A stretch of 64,000 nt of DNA from an uncultured Armatimonadetes bacterium (lineage in GTDB: Bacteria > Armatimonadota > UBA5829 > DTJY01), in contig OY970325.1 of the NCBI GenBank assembly GCA_963717145.1, forward strand, positions 256,001-320,000, given 5' to 3'. Shown here in pieces: positions 28,321 through 38,035 of the stretch (the stretch's first letter is position 1; the number at the start of each line of letters is the position of its first letter). A program made the translations under genes and the position numbers. The notes below the pieces were generated by a model. It made no database searches and was not told the DNA's origin. It saw only the letters and a list, made by a program, of their open reading frames with translations.

Positions 28321-29415
28321 TTAGAGTATCTCCAACTCCGCGTGGAGGGCGCCCGCTTCCTTGAGTGCCTGCAGGATCGCAACTACATCCCTCGGCGTGA
28401 CCTTCAGCTCATTCATCGCCCTGACCAACTCCGCCAACGTCGCGCCCGGCTCGAGGTCGATCATCCGGTGACCGTCCTCGGTAGCCTGGACCGTCGTGTT
28501 CTCGACGACTTCGGTCTTGCCCGTCTTGGAGAGCGGGTTGGGCTGAGATACCTGCGTCTCGGTGGCGACCTCGACGCTCAGACTGCCATGTGCCACGGCC
28601 ACGGGTGACAGCCTCACGTCGCTGCCGATCACCACCGTGCCCGTCCGCTCGTTCACGATCACCTTGGCGATCGCGCTCTCCATGACAGACAGCTCCCCGA
28701 CCTCAGCGATGAGCCCGATGACATCCTGTGACCCGGCCTTGACCTCTATGGTGGCCGCATCGAGGGCACGGGCGTTTCCCGGGCCGAGCTTGTCGTTAAC
28801 CGCCTGAGCGACTCGGATGGCGGTCGTGAATTCCGGGTTGTTCAGCAGGATATGTATGCCACCTCCATCGGTGAGGGCAGTCGGGACCGCCTGTTCGATG
28901 ATCGCTCCGTTCGGTATCCGGCCGACTGTGGTGTGGTTCTTCGTAACCTTCGTATCCGCCCCGCCCGCGGTGAATCCGCCGGTCGATATGCTGCCCTGTG
29001 CGACCGCGTAGACCTGACCGTTCGCCGCCTGAAGCGGTGTCTGGAGCAGCGTGCCTCCCTGGAGACTGCGGCAGTCACCAAGTGACGAGGCATTCACGTC
29101 GATCTTCGCGCCGGGTCGAACAAACGGGGGGAGATCGGCGGTCACGATCACAGCGGCCACGTTCTTTACCTTGAGTCGGTCAGCCGGCACGGTGATCCCG
29201 AACTTCTGCAGCATGTTCGCCACCGACTGCGCGGTAAAGAGCGCCTGCTGGGTGTCGCCGGTTCCGTCGAGGCCGATCACGAGTCCGTAGCCGAACAACT
29301 GGTTGCTCCTCGCGCCCTCGATCTTGGCGACGTTCTTGATCTTCACGTTCTGGTCCGCCCATGCCATCGTGCTGATGGCCAGCAGGGCGATTATCATGTA
29401 TCTCGAGTAACGCAT
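28321..29415 (-). CDS. flgI: Flagellar P-ring protein
   Basis: NQLFGYGLVIGLDGTGD; KNVAAV; SLQGGTLL. Confidence 0.97.
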   Translation of the reverse strand: MRYSRYMIIALLAISTMAWADQNVKIKNVAKIEGARSNQLFGYGLVIGLDGTGDTQQALFTAQSVANMLQKFGITVPADRLKVKNVAAVIVTADLPPFVRPGAKIDVNASSLGDCRSLQGGTLLQTPLQAANGQVYAVAQGSISTGGFTAGGADTKVTKNHTTVGRIPNGAIIEQAVPTALTDGGGIHILLNNPEFTTAIRVAQAVNDKLGPGNARALDAATIEVKAGSQDVIGLIAEVGELSVMESAIAKVIVNERTGTVVIGSDVRLSPVAVAHGSLSVEVATETQVSQPNPLSKTGKTEVVENTTVQATEDGHRMIDLEPGATLAELVRAMNELKVTPRDVVAILQALKEAGALHAELEIL

Positions 29416-29437
29416 AAATTCTCCTTAGTCTCTCAGG

Positions 29438-29558
29438 GTGCGGTGGATTGTCCGTAGGGAACGGTCGCCGTCCCGTTCCGTTCTCTCTCGTGTGCAGGGA
29501 ATCGTCGCTGGATGACGGAACGGGACGGCGACCGTTCCCTACGGACAATCCACCGCAC
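29438..29558. repeat. REP family C doublet with 16-bp inverted outer arms
   Basis: GTAGGGAACGGTCGCCGTCCCGTTCC...GGAACGGGACGGCGACCGTTCCCTAC. Confidence 0.9.
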
Positions 29559-29567
29559 TCCAAAACC

Positions 29568-30145
29568 CTAGAACACGAAGCTCAGAATCTGAGTGATGAT
29601 GCCTTCCCGCTGGCGTCTCCCACTGGGTCCCTTACCGATGTAGTCGATCGCCACGTCGGCCAGGCTGGTGGAGAGCACCGTGTTGTCCGACGCTATGTCC
29701 TGTGGACGAACAATGCCCCTCAGCGTGACCGTCTGCTTCTCGCTGTTCATATTGAGCGAGCGGACCGCCTCGATCTGCAGGTTTCCGTTCGGCATGACTT
29801 TGGTCACGGTCGCTGCCAGTCGGGTCGCGAACTTGCTGGTCATCGTGGACTGCCCGGCCGACGAACTGGTCTGGCCCGATTGGAAGGATAGGTCCGGTAT
29901 CAGACTGATGAACGGGCCTACTCCGGCGGCGTTGCTGTGGTCCGTGTCTTTCGCGAGATCAGTGCTGGCTTTCTGTGAGGACGCCGCTTCCTCGATGATC
30001 AGCACCGTCACCAGGTCGCCGACCTGACTTGGACGCAGGTCAACGCACAGGTTCCTGGAACCCGGGTCCAGAGCGATTCCGCCCCCAGGGGCGCGAGAAT
30101 CGATACCAGCATGATTGTCGCTGTGATGATACGAATGTATGACAT
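29568..30145 (-). CDS. flgH: Flagellar L-ring protein; single frameshift ~30066
   Basis: MSYIRII...AESLW joins ...VGDLVTVLIIE...VMPNGNLQIE...GIVRPQDI. Confidence 0.9.
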
Positions 30146-30150
30146 GTCTG

Positions 30151-31125
30151 CTACCTCCTGCCGATGAGTATCTCTACAAGTCCCGGCCCGGACACGGTTC
30201 CGCGGACCTCTCGGCCCTCGCCGGCAAGCCGGATCTTGATCTTGTCACCAATGGAGCCGTCCTGGGCCGCGACGCCCTTGTCGGTCAGCCTGACCGCTCC
30301 ACTGCGTACAATGATGAGAACCTGGTCGCCCGAGTGAACTGCCGACGGAGCGCAAACCCACGACTTCCGTAGGATCGATCCCTCGGCGATCGCGAGGCTC
30401 GCCGTCCAGCCGGTTTCGGGCAACTCGGTGAGTACGTCGTCCGGGAGCATGGTCACATCCCTGTCCTGGAGAGCAATGTTGACTCCACCGATCTGCTCGG
30501 ACCTCGCAATGGCCTTCAGCGCCACTGCCACGGGAGCGACCACCTTGACCGTGACCGACACCTGGATGGTGCGATAAACCTTGTCCTCGACCACCATCTC
30601 GACCGAGGCAGTGTTCCTGCCCTTGCGGATGGCCGTCGTACCTGCCTTGATCCTGAGGTCGAGCTTCCCAATCGGAACAACCTGATCCGCCGGCGGAAGT
30701 GCCGTCTCCACTGAGACCGTCCCGGTCCAGGTCTGCGCGGCAAGGACGTGCTTCCGTACCGCCTCGACCAGGTCTGCGCCCCCGACGACTGCCGATGCTC
30801 TCACCACCACGATCTCGGGCGGGCAGAGCAGTGCGGCGCTGTCGGCGAGAATCCCGGCGCGCTTCGTCGCGGTGATGATCTGATCGTCCGTCAGCTTCCG
30901 AGACTTCCCGGGAAGCGGCGACGAGCACACCGGTATGGCCCTGAGGCATTCCGTCTGCTTCACGTCGGCGCCTTGGATCGAGGCGATGTCACCGAGAGTG
31001 ACACTTGCCCCCGCGACCTCAGATGCCGGCTTGACTGCCACCGTCACCTCAGCCGCAGCCGATGCCGCCACCGCGAGGCCGAGGACCAGGACCGCTATCA
31101 CTTGTGTGTGTCTGCTGACCATCAT
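30151..31125 (-). CDS. flgA: P-ring chaperone FlgA
   Basis: Signal peptide; VTLGDIASI; SAF-like end (GVAAQDGSIGDKIKIR). Confidence 0.9.
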   Translation of the reverse strand: MMVSRHTQVIAVLVLGLAVAASAAAEVTVAVKPASEVAGASVTLGDIASIQGADVKQTECLRAIPVCSSPLPGKSRKLTDDQIITATKRAGILADSAALLCPPEIVVVRASAVVGGADLVEAVRKHVLAAQTWTGTVSVETALPPADQVVPIGKLDLRIKAGTTAIRKGRNTASVEMVVEDKVYRTIQVSVTVKVVAPVAVALKAIARSEQIGGVNIALQDRDVTMLPDDVLTELPETGWTASLAIAEGSILRKSWVCAPSAVHSGDQVLIIVRSGAVRLTDKGVAAQDGSIGDKIKIRLAGEGREVRGTVSGPGLVEILIGRR

Positions 31126-31128
31126 CTA

Positions 31129-31917
31129 CTACCGCCTCAGGTTGTTAGCGATGTTAAGCATCTCGTCGGAGGTCTGAATGGCTTTCGAGGTGACCTCGTA
31201 GGCGCGCTGAGCGACGATCATGTTGACCATCTCCTCGACGACCTTGACGTTCGACATCTCAATGAACCCGTGTCCGAGCGTGCCCAGTCCGTTCTCACCC
31301 GGTGAGCCGATAACGGCATCACCCGAGGCTGCGGTGTTCTGCAGAAGGTTGCGTCCCAGGCTCGATAGGCCCGCCGGGTTGGGGAACTTGGCGATGCCGA
31401 TCTTGCCGAGTTCCTGCGGCGCGGACTGGCCGGGGAGCAATACCGATACGGTGCCGTCAGCTCCCACGGACACGCTGGTGGATTCGGCTGGGATGCTGAT
31501 CTCAGGGTCGAGCGGGTATCCGTCGGACGTGACGAGTCGGCCCTGAGCGTCGAGCTTGAACGTGCCGTCTCGTGTATAGGCTATCGATCCGCTCGGCATC
31601 AGTACCTGGAAGAACCCGTCGCCCTCGATAACGAGGTCCAGAGGGTTCTCGGTCTGCTGGAAATCGCCCTGCGTGAAGATCCGGCCGATCGCGGCGGCCC
31701 GAGTGCCGAGTCCGACCTGCACACCGGTCGGTACCTGAACGCCCTGTGCCTGCGTGGTGCCCGCTGGTCGAAGGGTCTGATACAGCAGGTCCTGAAAGTC
31801 CACGCGGCTCTTCTTGAAGCCCGCCGTGTTCACGTTCGCGAGGTTGTTGGAGATCACGTCGATGTTCAACTGCTGGGCTGCCATCCCGGTGGCCGCTGTG
31901 AATAGGGATCTGATCAT
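31129..31917 (-). CDS. flgG: Distal rod protein FlgG
   Basis: [36 protein letters not shown]. Confidence 0.97.
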   Translation of the reverse strand: MIRSLFTAATGMAAQQLNIDVISNNLANVNTAGFKKSRVDFQDLLYQTLRPAGTTQAQGVQVPTGVQVGLGTRAAAIGRIFTQGDFQQTENPLDLVIEGDGFFQVLMPSGSIAYTRDGTFKLDAQGRLVTSDGYPLDPEISIPAESTSVSVGADGTVSVLLPGQSAPQELGKIGIAKFPNPAGLSSLGRNLLQNTAASGDAVIGSPGENGLGTLGHGFIEMSNVKVVEEMVNMIVAQRAYEVTSKAIQTSDEMLNIANNLRR

Positions 31918-31931
31918 GTCCTTAACTCCTT

Positions 31932-32621
31932 CTATGCAAACCTGGCCATCTGGTTGATGACCTTGTCGAGTGTCTGATCTACTGCCTGGATGCTCTTCTG
32001 GTTGGCCTCGTACGCTCGGAGCACGGAGATCATGGAGACCATCTCCTGGACCGCATTAACATTCGAGGCTTCGAGGCGGCCCTGGTAGACTGAGTCCGGA
32101 TCGGTGACGGGCACTCCCGGCGCTGATTCGATCCGCAGCTTATCTACAATGCTGTTGTCGATTATGACGCTGCCGTCTCGGCTCACCGTCCAGTTGGCGC
32201 TTGTGATGGAGATCGGTCCGCTCTGACCGAGCACCGGGTAGGCGTCGGAGGTGATGAGTTGGCCGGTCGAGTCGAGCCCGAAGTCGCCACAGCGCGTCAG
32301 GCGCTCTCCGGCCGGAGTCTGTACGACGAACGAGCCGCTTCCCTCGACCGCCAGGCTCGTCGGGGATCCGGTGTCCTGGATCATTCCCGGCTTGGTGTCC
32401 TGCTGCACGACGAGCGTCGGCATGGCACAGGGCGCGTGAGGCGGCATTGGGGTCATTGGGTTGGGGACGGCCTGCTGGAACTGGGTCGCGATCGAGGCGA
32501 AACTCACACTCGATCGCTTGAAGCCCGGTGTGCTGACATTCGCCAGGTTGTTCGCGATGACGTCCTGGCAGTCGACCTGGGCTTTCATTCCGGCTGCTGA
32601 AACTTGTAGACCTTGGATCAC
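31932..32621 (-). CDS. flgF: Proximal rod protein FlgF (GTG start)
   Basis: [25 protein letters not shown]; upstream of flgG. Confidence 0.88.
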   Translation of the reverse strand: MIQGLQVSAAGMKAQVDCQDVIANNLANVSTPGFKRSSVSFASIATQFQQAVPNPMTPMPPHAPCAMPTLVVQQDTKPGMIQDTGSPTSLAVEGSGSFVVQTPAGERLTRCGDFGLDSTGQLITSDAYPVLGQSGPISITSANWTVSRDGSVIIDNSIVDKLRIESAPGVPVTDPDSVYQGRLEASNVNAVQEMVSMISVLRAYEANQKSIQAVDQTLDKVINQMARFA

Positions 32622-32642
32622 GTTGTTCACCTTCCGTCTCAT

Positions 32643-32671
32643 GTCTCGACAGCCCGCCCCGGTAACTTTAG
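32643..32671 (-). promoter_or_regulatory. Possible sigma-28 promoter of flgF
   Basis: CTAAA-N16-GTCGAGAC, an imperfect match. Confidence 0.4.
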
Positions 32672-32726
32672 CGGTTTCTCTCTTCCACGTAAGGATTCTC
32701 CGGGCACAGGCGATCGTAACACTCCA

Positions 32727-32825
32727 GATGCTTCGGTAGCAGAGGCCTGGCGGCGCTGCCGAAGCATGGTATGATGACCGTGCGATGCTTCGGCAGCGCC
32801 GCCAGGCCTCTGCTACCGAAGCATC
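32727..32825. repeat. Family F palindromic doublet
   Basis: GATGCTTCGGTAGCAGAGGCCTGGCGGCGCTGCCGAAGCAT and its reverse complement. Confidence 0.85.
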
Positions 32826-32886
32826 GAGTGGAGGCACCGACAGCGACGAGCACCTCGCCACCGTCGGGCAAATGGGAATCTCAACC

Positions 32887-32915
32887 TTGACACCCCATAC
32901 CGCCGATGCTATACT
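32887..32915 (+). promoter_or_regulatory. Sigma-70 promoter of the hrcA operon
   Basis: TTGACA-N17-TATACT with extended -10 TG. Confidence 0.75.
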
Positions 32916-32978
32916 TCTGCCGGGGAACCGATCGGATGCACGGCGTCTTTGCCGACCGAATCCCCGGAGGTGCAATCG

Positions 32979-34016
32979 ATGGAGCTGGGTGAACGCAAAT
33001 GCAGGATTCTCGGAGCCGTTGTCCACGATTACATCGCCACCGCCGAGCCCGTCGGCTCTGAGTCTCTCGCTCAGAAGTACAACCTCGGGGTCAAGCCCGC
33101 CACTATCCGCAACGAAATGGCCGCCATGTCGGAGTTGGGGTATCTGCGTCAGCCCCACACCTCAGCAGGCCGTGTGCCTTCCGACCTCGGCTACCGGTAC
33201 TACGTCGACCGCCTGATGCCCGCGCCAAGGCTCGGCTCGCGTGAGAGCGATCGCGCTCGTCACGGCTTCGACAACTGCGAGACCGAGGTCGAGGAGCTGA
33301 TCCAGCAGACCTGCCGCATACTCTCATCCCTTACGCGGTACACCTCCATGGCTACCCCGCCGAAGACCGATGGCGTCAGCGTGAAGCACGTCATGGTCTC
33401 GATCGTGAGTCCGCACAAGCTGCTGGTGGTCACTCTGCTGAATACCGGCCACGTGGATCACCGCTTCGTCGAGTACGACGGATCATTGACGCCCGCCGAT
33501 GTGCCGGCGATGACTAACCTTGCCAACGAGCGTCTGCACGGCGCTGAGTCGAGCACTGTGTCCAAGCAGGGGCAGTCGCCTTTCCCGCGCGAGTTGACCC
33601 GCTTCAAGGGCGTGTACGATAAGATCGCGCAGACCGTCCGTCAGGCGCTGACCGCCGCCGAGGACGATGAGATATATATGGATGGCACGGGGAACATGCT
33701 GCGCCAGCCGGAGTTTCACAATGGAGACCGAATCGCCGATCTGCTCAACGCACTCGAACAGCGCAAGCTGCTCTACCAGGTGCTCAGCCAGGCGCTGCTC
33801 GGCCCGAATGTGACGGTCATCATCGGCAGCGAAAACCAGCTCGCGGATATGCGCGAGTGCAGCTTCGTCACCGCGCGGTACACCGTCGGGGACAGGGTAG
33901 TCGGGAGCATCGGAGTCATCGGCCCGACGCGCATGGACTACCGCCGCGCCGTCGGGGCCGTGAAGTTCATGGCATCGAACCTCAGCGAGATGCTCGTGCA
34001 TATCAGCATAGAGTAG
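32979..34016 (+). CDS. hrcA: Heat-inducible transcription repressor
   Basis: EPVGS...ATIRNEM...QPHTSAGRVPSDLGYRYYVD; GPTRMDY. Confidence 0.97.
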   Translation: MELGERKCRILGAVVHDYIATAEPVGSESLAQKYNLGVKPATIRNEMAAMSELGYLRQPHTSAGRVPSDLGYRYYVDRLMPAPRLGSRESDRARHGFDNCETEVEELIQQTCRILSSLTRYTSMATPPKTDGVSVKHVMVSIVSPHKLLVVTLLNTGHVDHRFVEYDGSLTPADVPAMTNLANERLHGAESSTVSKQGQSPFPRELTRFKGVYDKIAQTVRQALTAAEDDEIYMDGTGNMLRQPEFHNGDRIADLLNALEQRKLLYQVLSQALLGPNVTVIIGSENQLADMRECSFVTARYTVGDRVVGSIGVIGPTRMDYRRAVGAVKFMASNLSEMLVHISIE

Positions 34017-34038
34017 CCTTTGGAGTGCGGAAGCGAAG

Positions 34039-34151
34039 CCTGTATCCGTAGGGGCGATCCTTCAACGGTCGCCCGATTCTTCGGCAGCGACACTGTCTTC
34101 TGCTACCGAACTATCGGGCGACCGTTGAAGGATCGCCCCTACGGATACAGG
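34039..34151. repeat. REP-B doublet with 9-bp outer arms and inner family-F remnant
   Basis: CCTGTATCC-GTAGGGGCGATCC...GGATCGCCCCTAC-GGATACAGG. Confidence 0.88.
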
Positions 34152-34165
34152 ACTGGACAACCATC

Positions 34166-35716
34166 ATGAGTTCCAACGTCAAACAAGTCAGCAAGGGCGC
34201 GGATGTCGACGAGCGGCTCGCCGCGCTGCTCTCGAACGCGGGAGCGGTACGCGCGGTTGCCTCGTCGATCGAGGGCACGCTCGGTCCAAAGGGCCTCAAC
34301 TGCATGCTCGTCGATAAGTTCGGCGATGTCACCATCACGAACGACGGCAGTGCAATCCTGAGCAAGGTCGATGCCAACCATCCCGCCGCCCGCATGCTCA
34401 TCCGGATCGCCAGGGCACAGGACGAGGAGGTCGGCGACGGCACCACCACGGCCGCCGTGCTCGCCAGTGCGCTCCTCGCGGAGGGAGTCAGCCAAGTCGC
34501 GCGTGGAGTGCCGGTCACGAAGGTGATCGAGGGCATCTCGATCGGTATCCGCAAGGCGCTCGAGGTCGTCGAGTCGGCCGCGAGACCGATCTCCGGCTGG
34601 GACGACCCGCTTCTCTGGCAGGCGGCATATATCGCCGGTCGGGAGAGCAATGACATCGCGGACCTGGTCGTCCGAGCCGCGCAACTGGTCGGCGAGGAGA
34701 AGCTGAAGGATCCCGGATTCCGGCTTTCCGATTGTGTGGTCGCCCGTGAAGGAGCGCAGAACGAGGTCTTCACCGGTCTCATCATCGAGAAGGAGCGCAT
34801 GAACCGCCAGATGCCGCGCTCGATCGAAAATGTTCGGGTACTCGTCGTGGACGATGCGCTCGAGCCGGAACAGATCGAGGACGACGCGCTCGGCACGGAA
34901 TCGGGATTTGCGCGATACGTCCAGCTTCAGAACGAGTTTCGCGACGACCTGCGCAAGCTCATTGACCTCAACATCGGCATGGTGGTCGTCCACAAGGCGG
35001 TTGCCGATGCGGCGGAGGATGTCCTTACTGACGAGGGGGTGCTCGTCATCCGCCGAGCATCCTCGAAAGATATAGCCCGAATCGTCGAGCACACCGGAGC
35101 GCGGACCATCAAGCGCACGGGGCTCAAGAAGCCGTCCGAGGAGCTGGGAAAGTTTGTCGGAAAATGCGAGCGGGTATACGAGGATGAACGTCTCGAACAC
35201 ACCCGCATCATCGGTGGCGCAGGGAAACCTGCGGCGACGATACTGGTCGGCGCGGCCACCCGTGAGGTGAAAGAGGAGCGGGAGCGCATCGCCGAAGACG
35301 CGGCTGCGTCGGTGCAGGCCGTCGTCGTCGGCGGGATCGTCCCGGGCGGTGGCGCCATCGAGATCGCGGCCTCCAGGGAGGTCGCGGCGATGAGGGATGG
35401 CGTGAAGGGCATGACTTCCTACGGCGTGGACGCCGTCGCCGAAGCCCTGAAGCGCCCGCTCGGTCAGATCGTGACCAACGCCGGGTTCAACCCACTCGAG
35501 AAGGTCGAGGATGTGGTTGCCGCTCAAGCCGTGGACGGGAAGAACAGCCTGGCGGTGAACTGCGATACCGGCGAGATAGCCGATATGATGGAGATCGGTG
35601 TCGTCGATCCGGCAAAGGTCAAGCTCTATGCGCTCAAGGCCGCCGCCGAGATCGCGGAAGCGATCCTGCGAATCAACACGATCATCAAGTGCAGAGACGG
35701 GCAGTCTAACGAGTAA
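34166..35716 (+). CDS. Thermosome-like (group III) chaperonin
   Basis: TLGPKG, ITNDG, VGDGTTT, VPGGGAIE, ILRIN; no GGM tail; no groES nearby. Confidence 0.9.
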   Translation: MSSNVKQVSKGADVDERLAALLSNAGAVRAVASSIEGTLGPKGLNCMLVDKFGDVTITNDGSAILSKVDANHPAARMLIRIARAQDEEVGDGTTTAAVLASALLAEGVSQVARGVPVTKVIEGISIGIRKALEVVESAARPISGWDDPLLWQAAYIAGRESNDIADLVVRAAQLVGEEKLKDPGFRLSDCVVAREGAQNEVFTGLIIEKERMNRQMPRSIENVRVLVVDDALEPEQIEDDALGTESGFARYVQLQNEFRDDLRKLIDLNIGMVVVHKAVADAAEDVLTDEGVLVIRRASSKDIARIVEHTGARTIKRTGLKKPSEELGKFVGKCERVYEDERLEHTRIIGGAGKPAATILVGAATREVKEERERIAEDAAASVQAVVVGGIVPGGGAIEIAASREVAAMRDGVKGMTSYGVDAVAEALKRPLGQIVTNAGFNPLEKVEDVVAAQAVDGKNSLAVNCDTGEIADMMEIGVVDPAKVKLYALKAAAEIAEAILRINTIIKCRDGQSNE

Positions 35717-35834
35717 CAAGTAGTCCGTAGGGGCGATCCTTCTACGGTCGCCCGGTTGGGGTGATAGACTTGGAAGGATTGTCCCGACGAACCGGGCGAC
35801 CGTAGAAGGATCGCCCCTACGGACTACTTGTTAC
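35713..35834. repeat. REP-B doublet with 14-bp outer arms
   Basis: GTAACAAGTAGTCC-GTAG...CTAC-GGACTACTTGTTAC. Confidence 0.9.
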
Positions 35835-35845
35835 CTGAGGTCACC

Positions 35846-36502
35846 ATGGCAGAGAAGCGAAGATTCGACATAGACCCGGATGACATCCTTGGCGCTCCGA
35901 AGTCCGCTGCACAGAAGCAGCGCGACCGCGAGCTTATAGATACCGGTTCCGTCCCGTCGGACGCACTGCGCGAGTCGCCGGACGAAGGGGATGTCGTTGC
36001 CGAGTCGGACCCCGAGCGAGTCCTGCCGGGTGATATTCGCCTTCTGAGGGACCGGTGCGAAGAGGCCGAGAAACGCGCGGAAGAGGAGCACGACAACTTC
36101 CTGCGAACACTCGCCGAGTTCACCAATTTCCGGCGCCGGTCCCGTGAGGAACTCGATCAGGCGCGCAGGTTCGCCTCAGAGAACTTCATCATCCGCCTGC
36201 TGCCGATACTCGACAACTTCGACCGTGCGATCAAGGCCGCTGAGGAGATCGGCGACTTCAACGTCCTGCACGGCGGCGTCATCCTGATCCTGCGCCAGCT
36301 CCAGGACCTCCTCGAGAAGGAGGGCGTGCAGCCGATCGAGGCCGTCGGTCAGGAATTCGATCCGAATGTACACGAAGCCGTGATGCGTGAGGACACCGAC
36401 GACTATCCGGATAACGCCGTGATCGAAGAGTTCCAGAGGGGCTACACCATGGGCGACAGAGTGGTCCGTCCGAGCATGGTGAAAGTTGCCCGGAACTCCT
36501 AG
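35846..36502 (+). CDS. grpE: Nucleotide exchange factor GrpE
   Basis: LAEFTNFRRR; FDPNVHEAV; QRGY...RPSMVKV. Confidence 0.96.
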   Translation: MAEKRRFDIDPDDILGAPKSAAQKQRDRELIDTGSVPSDALRESPDEGDVVAESDPERVLPGDIRLLRDRCEEAEKRAEEEHDNFLRTLAEFTNFRRRSREELDQARRFASENFIIRLLPILDNFDRAIKAAEEIGDFNVLHGGVILILRQLQDLLEKEGVQPIEAVGQEFDPNVHEAVMREDTDDYPDNAVIEEFQRGYTMGDRVVRPSMVKVARNS

Positions 36503-36505
36503 CGG

Positions 36506-36590
36506 AATGGTTGATGGCAGATCCATCCCCCATCCGCCTCCCCAATGAGCCATGAACCATCAACCATCAACCATCCAGCCATCCTGCCAT
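36506..36590. repeat. Degenerate inverted ATGGTTG/CAACCAT heptamer array
   Basis: GAATGGTTGATGG...CCATGAACCATCAACCATCAACCATCC. Confidence 0.7.
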
Positions 36591-36713
36591 GTCACCCCCT
36601 GATTCTCCACTCACCAGACCGAACTGCGCCAGCCCGTGGTCACGGCATTTGACGCCTTGTACCACATGACTTCCAATACCTGCTTACTCTTCAGACTCAC
36701 ATATTGATGCCAG

Positions 36714-36740
36714 GTTTAACCCTTTCTCATGCCGGGGTAT
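36714..36740 (+). promoter_or_regulatory. Possible SigB/SigF-type promoter
   Basis: GTTTAA-N15-GGGTAT. Confidence 0.4.
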
Positions 36741-36809
36741 CAGTACGCGGAGCACGCAGATGCCAGAGAGCTTAGGAACGAAAGAGCATTGAAAGGAGAC
36801 AGAAAGGCA

Positions 36810-37910
36810 ATGAAAACCGCAATCGCAGCAGTGATCGTGCTGATGCTGGCCGGTGCAGCGTTGGCAGGAGTGAACAACGTCAGTCTGAGGTCGGATGCGG
36901 ATCCCGGATTCACCGGTACCGCCACGATCATCACCGGCCAGTTCGGCGGCGCGACACCGTATACGAGTCTAGAGGTGAATGCGCGTCTCAGTGGCATGCC
37001 TTCATCGGGCATGATCTGCGAGGCCTGGCTCGTGGACAAAGACAGCACCATGAAGCGGAGCCTCGGTGTGCTCGATGGGAGCATGCTCAGCGCGCGCACG
37101 AAGATGGCGAGCTTCAAGCCGGGATCGCCCTGGGACTCGATCGCCATTACGATGGAGCCCGCGGACGACACTGATCCCATGCCTGGCAAGATCATCGCAC
37201 AGGGTGATCTGCCCGGCAGAAACGTGATGAGCAGCGACTGGGCCGCAGTCGCAGTGCTGCCCGAGAACGAGATGTTCCAGCAGCAGTTGGCGATGCAGCG
37301 CTGGGATCTGACCAGCGATCAGTTCATGGCACTTCGCATGGACGGCCTGATGTACAGCGACATCAACCTGGTGTCGAACATCGCATCACGGTGCAATCGC
37401 ACTCCGACCCAGGTGGCTGCGGACTACATGATGTGGGGTGGCAACCTGAGCAGGCTTGCGGACACCTGCAACATGACCGTCGCGCAGCTCCTGATGCCGG
37501 TGCCGATGGTTGCTGTTGCCGGCTCGATCCAGGAGATGAGCCCCGAATCCACGACGATGATACCGGGCTACTATCTGAAGCGGCCGAATGGTCAGGTGGT
37601 CGTCAGCCGAGCCGACTGGATGCGCCATCAGAGCGCCGGGTACACCTGGCGCGAGGTCGCCATGGCTGCGAACATCGCGAAGCGGACCGGCATAAGCGTT
37701 GGGGACATCCTGCGGATCAACAAGGTGCAGGGAAAGGGCTTCAGCCAGATCGCGCTGGATCACGGTCTGAGGCCCAGTGCAGTGATGGATGTCAGCCGCT
37801 GGCCGTGGGAGCGCGGCGGAGGCATGGAGACGATGGTGCCAGTCAAGCCTGAGCCGATGCCCTCCGAGATGACGCCTGAAACGACCTACGAGGAGATCGA
37901 TAGCTACTAG
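36810..37910 (+). CDS. Secreted Met-rich protein: RskA C-terminal-like domain plus two helical repeats
   Basis: AAGGAG RBS; signal peptide; EAWLVD...SLGVL...AITMEP. Confidence 0.7.
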   Translation: MKTAIAAVIVLMLAGAALAGVNNVSLRSDADPGFTGTATIITGQFGGATPYTSLEVNARLSGMPSSGMICEAWLVDKDSTMKRSLGVLDGSMLSARTKMASFKPGSPWDSIAITMEPADDTDPMPGKIIAQGDLPGRNVMSSDWAAVAVLPENEMFQQQLAMQRWDLTSDQFMALRMDGLMYSDINLVSNIASRCNRTPTQVAADYMMWGGNLSRLADTCNMTVAQLLMPVPMVAVAGSIQEMSPESTTMIPGYYLKRPNGQVVVSRADWMRHQSAGYTWREVAMAANIAKRTGISVGDILRINKVQGKGFSQIALDHGLRPSAVMDVSRWPWERGGGMETMVPVKPEPMPSEMTPETTYEEIDSY

Positions 37911-37957
37911 CACCGACCTCGATCGCATCCGCCCAGGCGGATGCAGGTAGAGTCAAT

Positions 37958-38035
37958 GAAGGGAGCGGGCCTCCCCGATGCATCGGTAGCAGAGCAGAGC
38001 GGCGCTGCCGATGCATCGGGGAGGCCCGCTCCTTC
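37958..38035. repeat. Palindrome between convergent genes containing a family F core
   Basis: GGAGCGGGCCTCCCCGATGCATCGG...CCGATGCATCGGGGAGGCCCGCTCC. Confidence 0.8.

Noticed and set aside
32622-33158. 408-aa FlgF
   Set aside because: The extension crosses repeats, the hrcA promoter and hrcA itself; homology starts at GTG 32621
34166-35716. groEL
   Set aside because: Motifs are thermosome-like; lacks GroEL signatures, the GGM tail and groES
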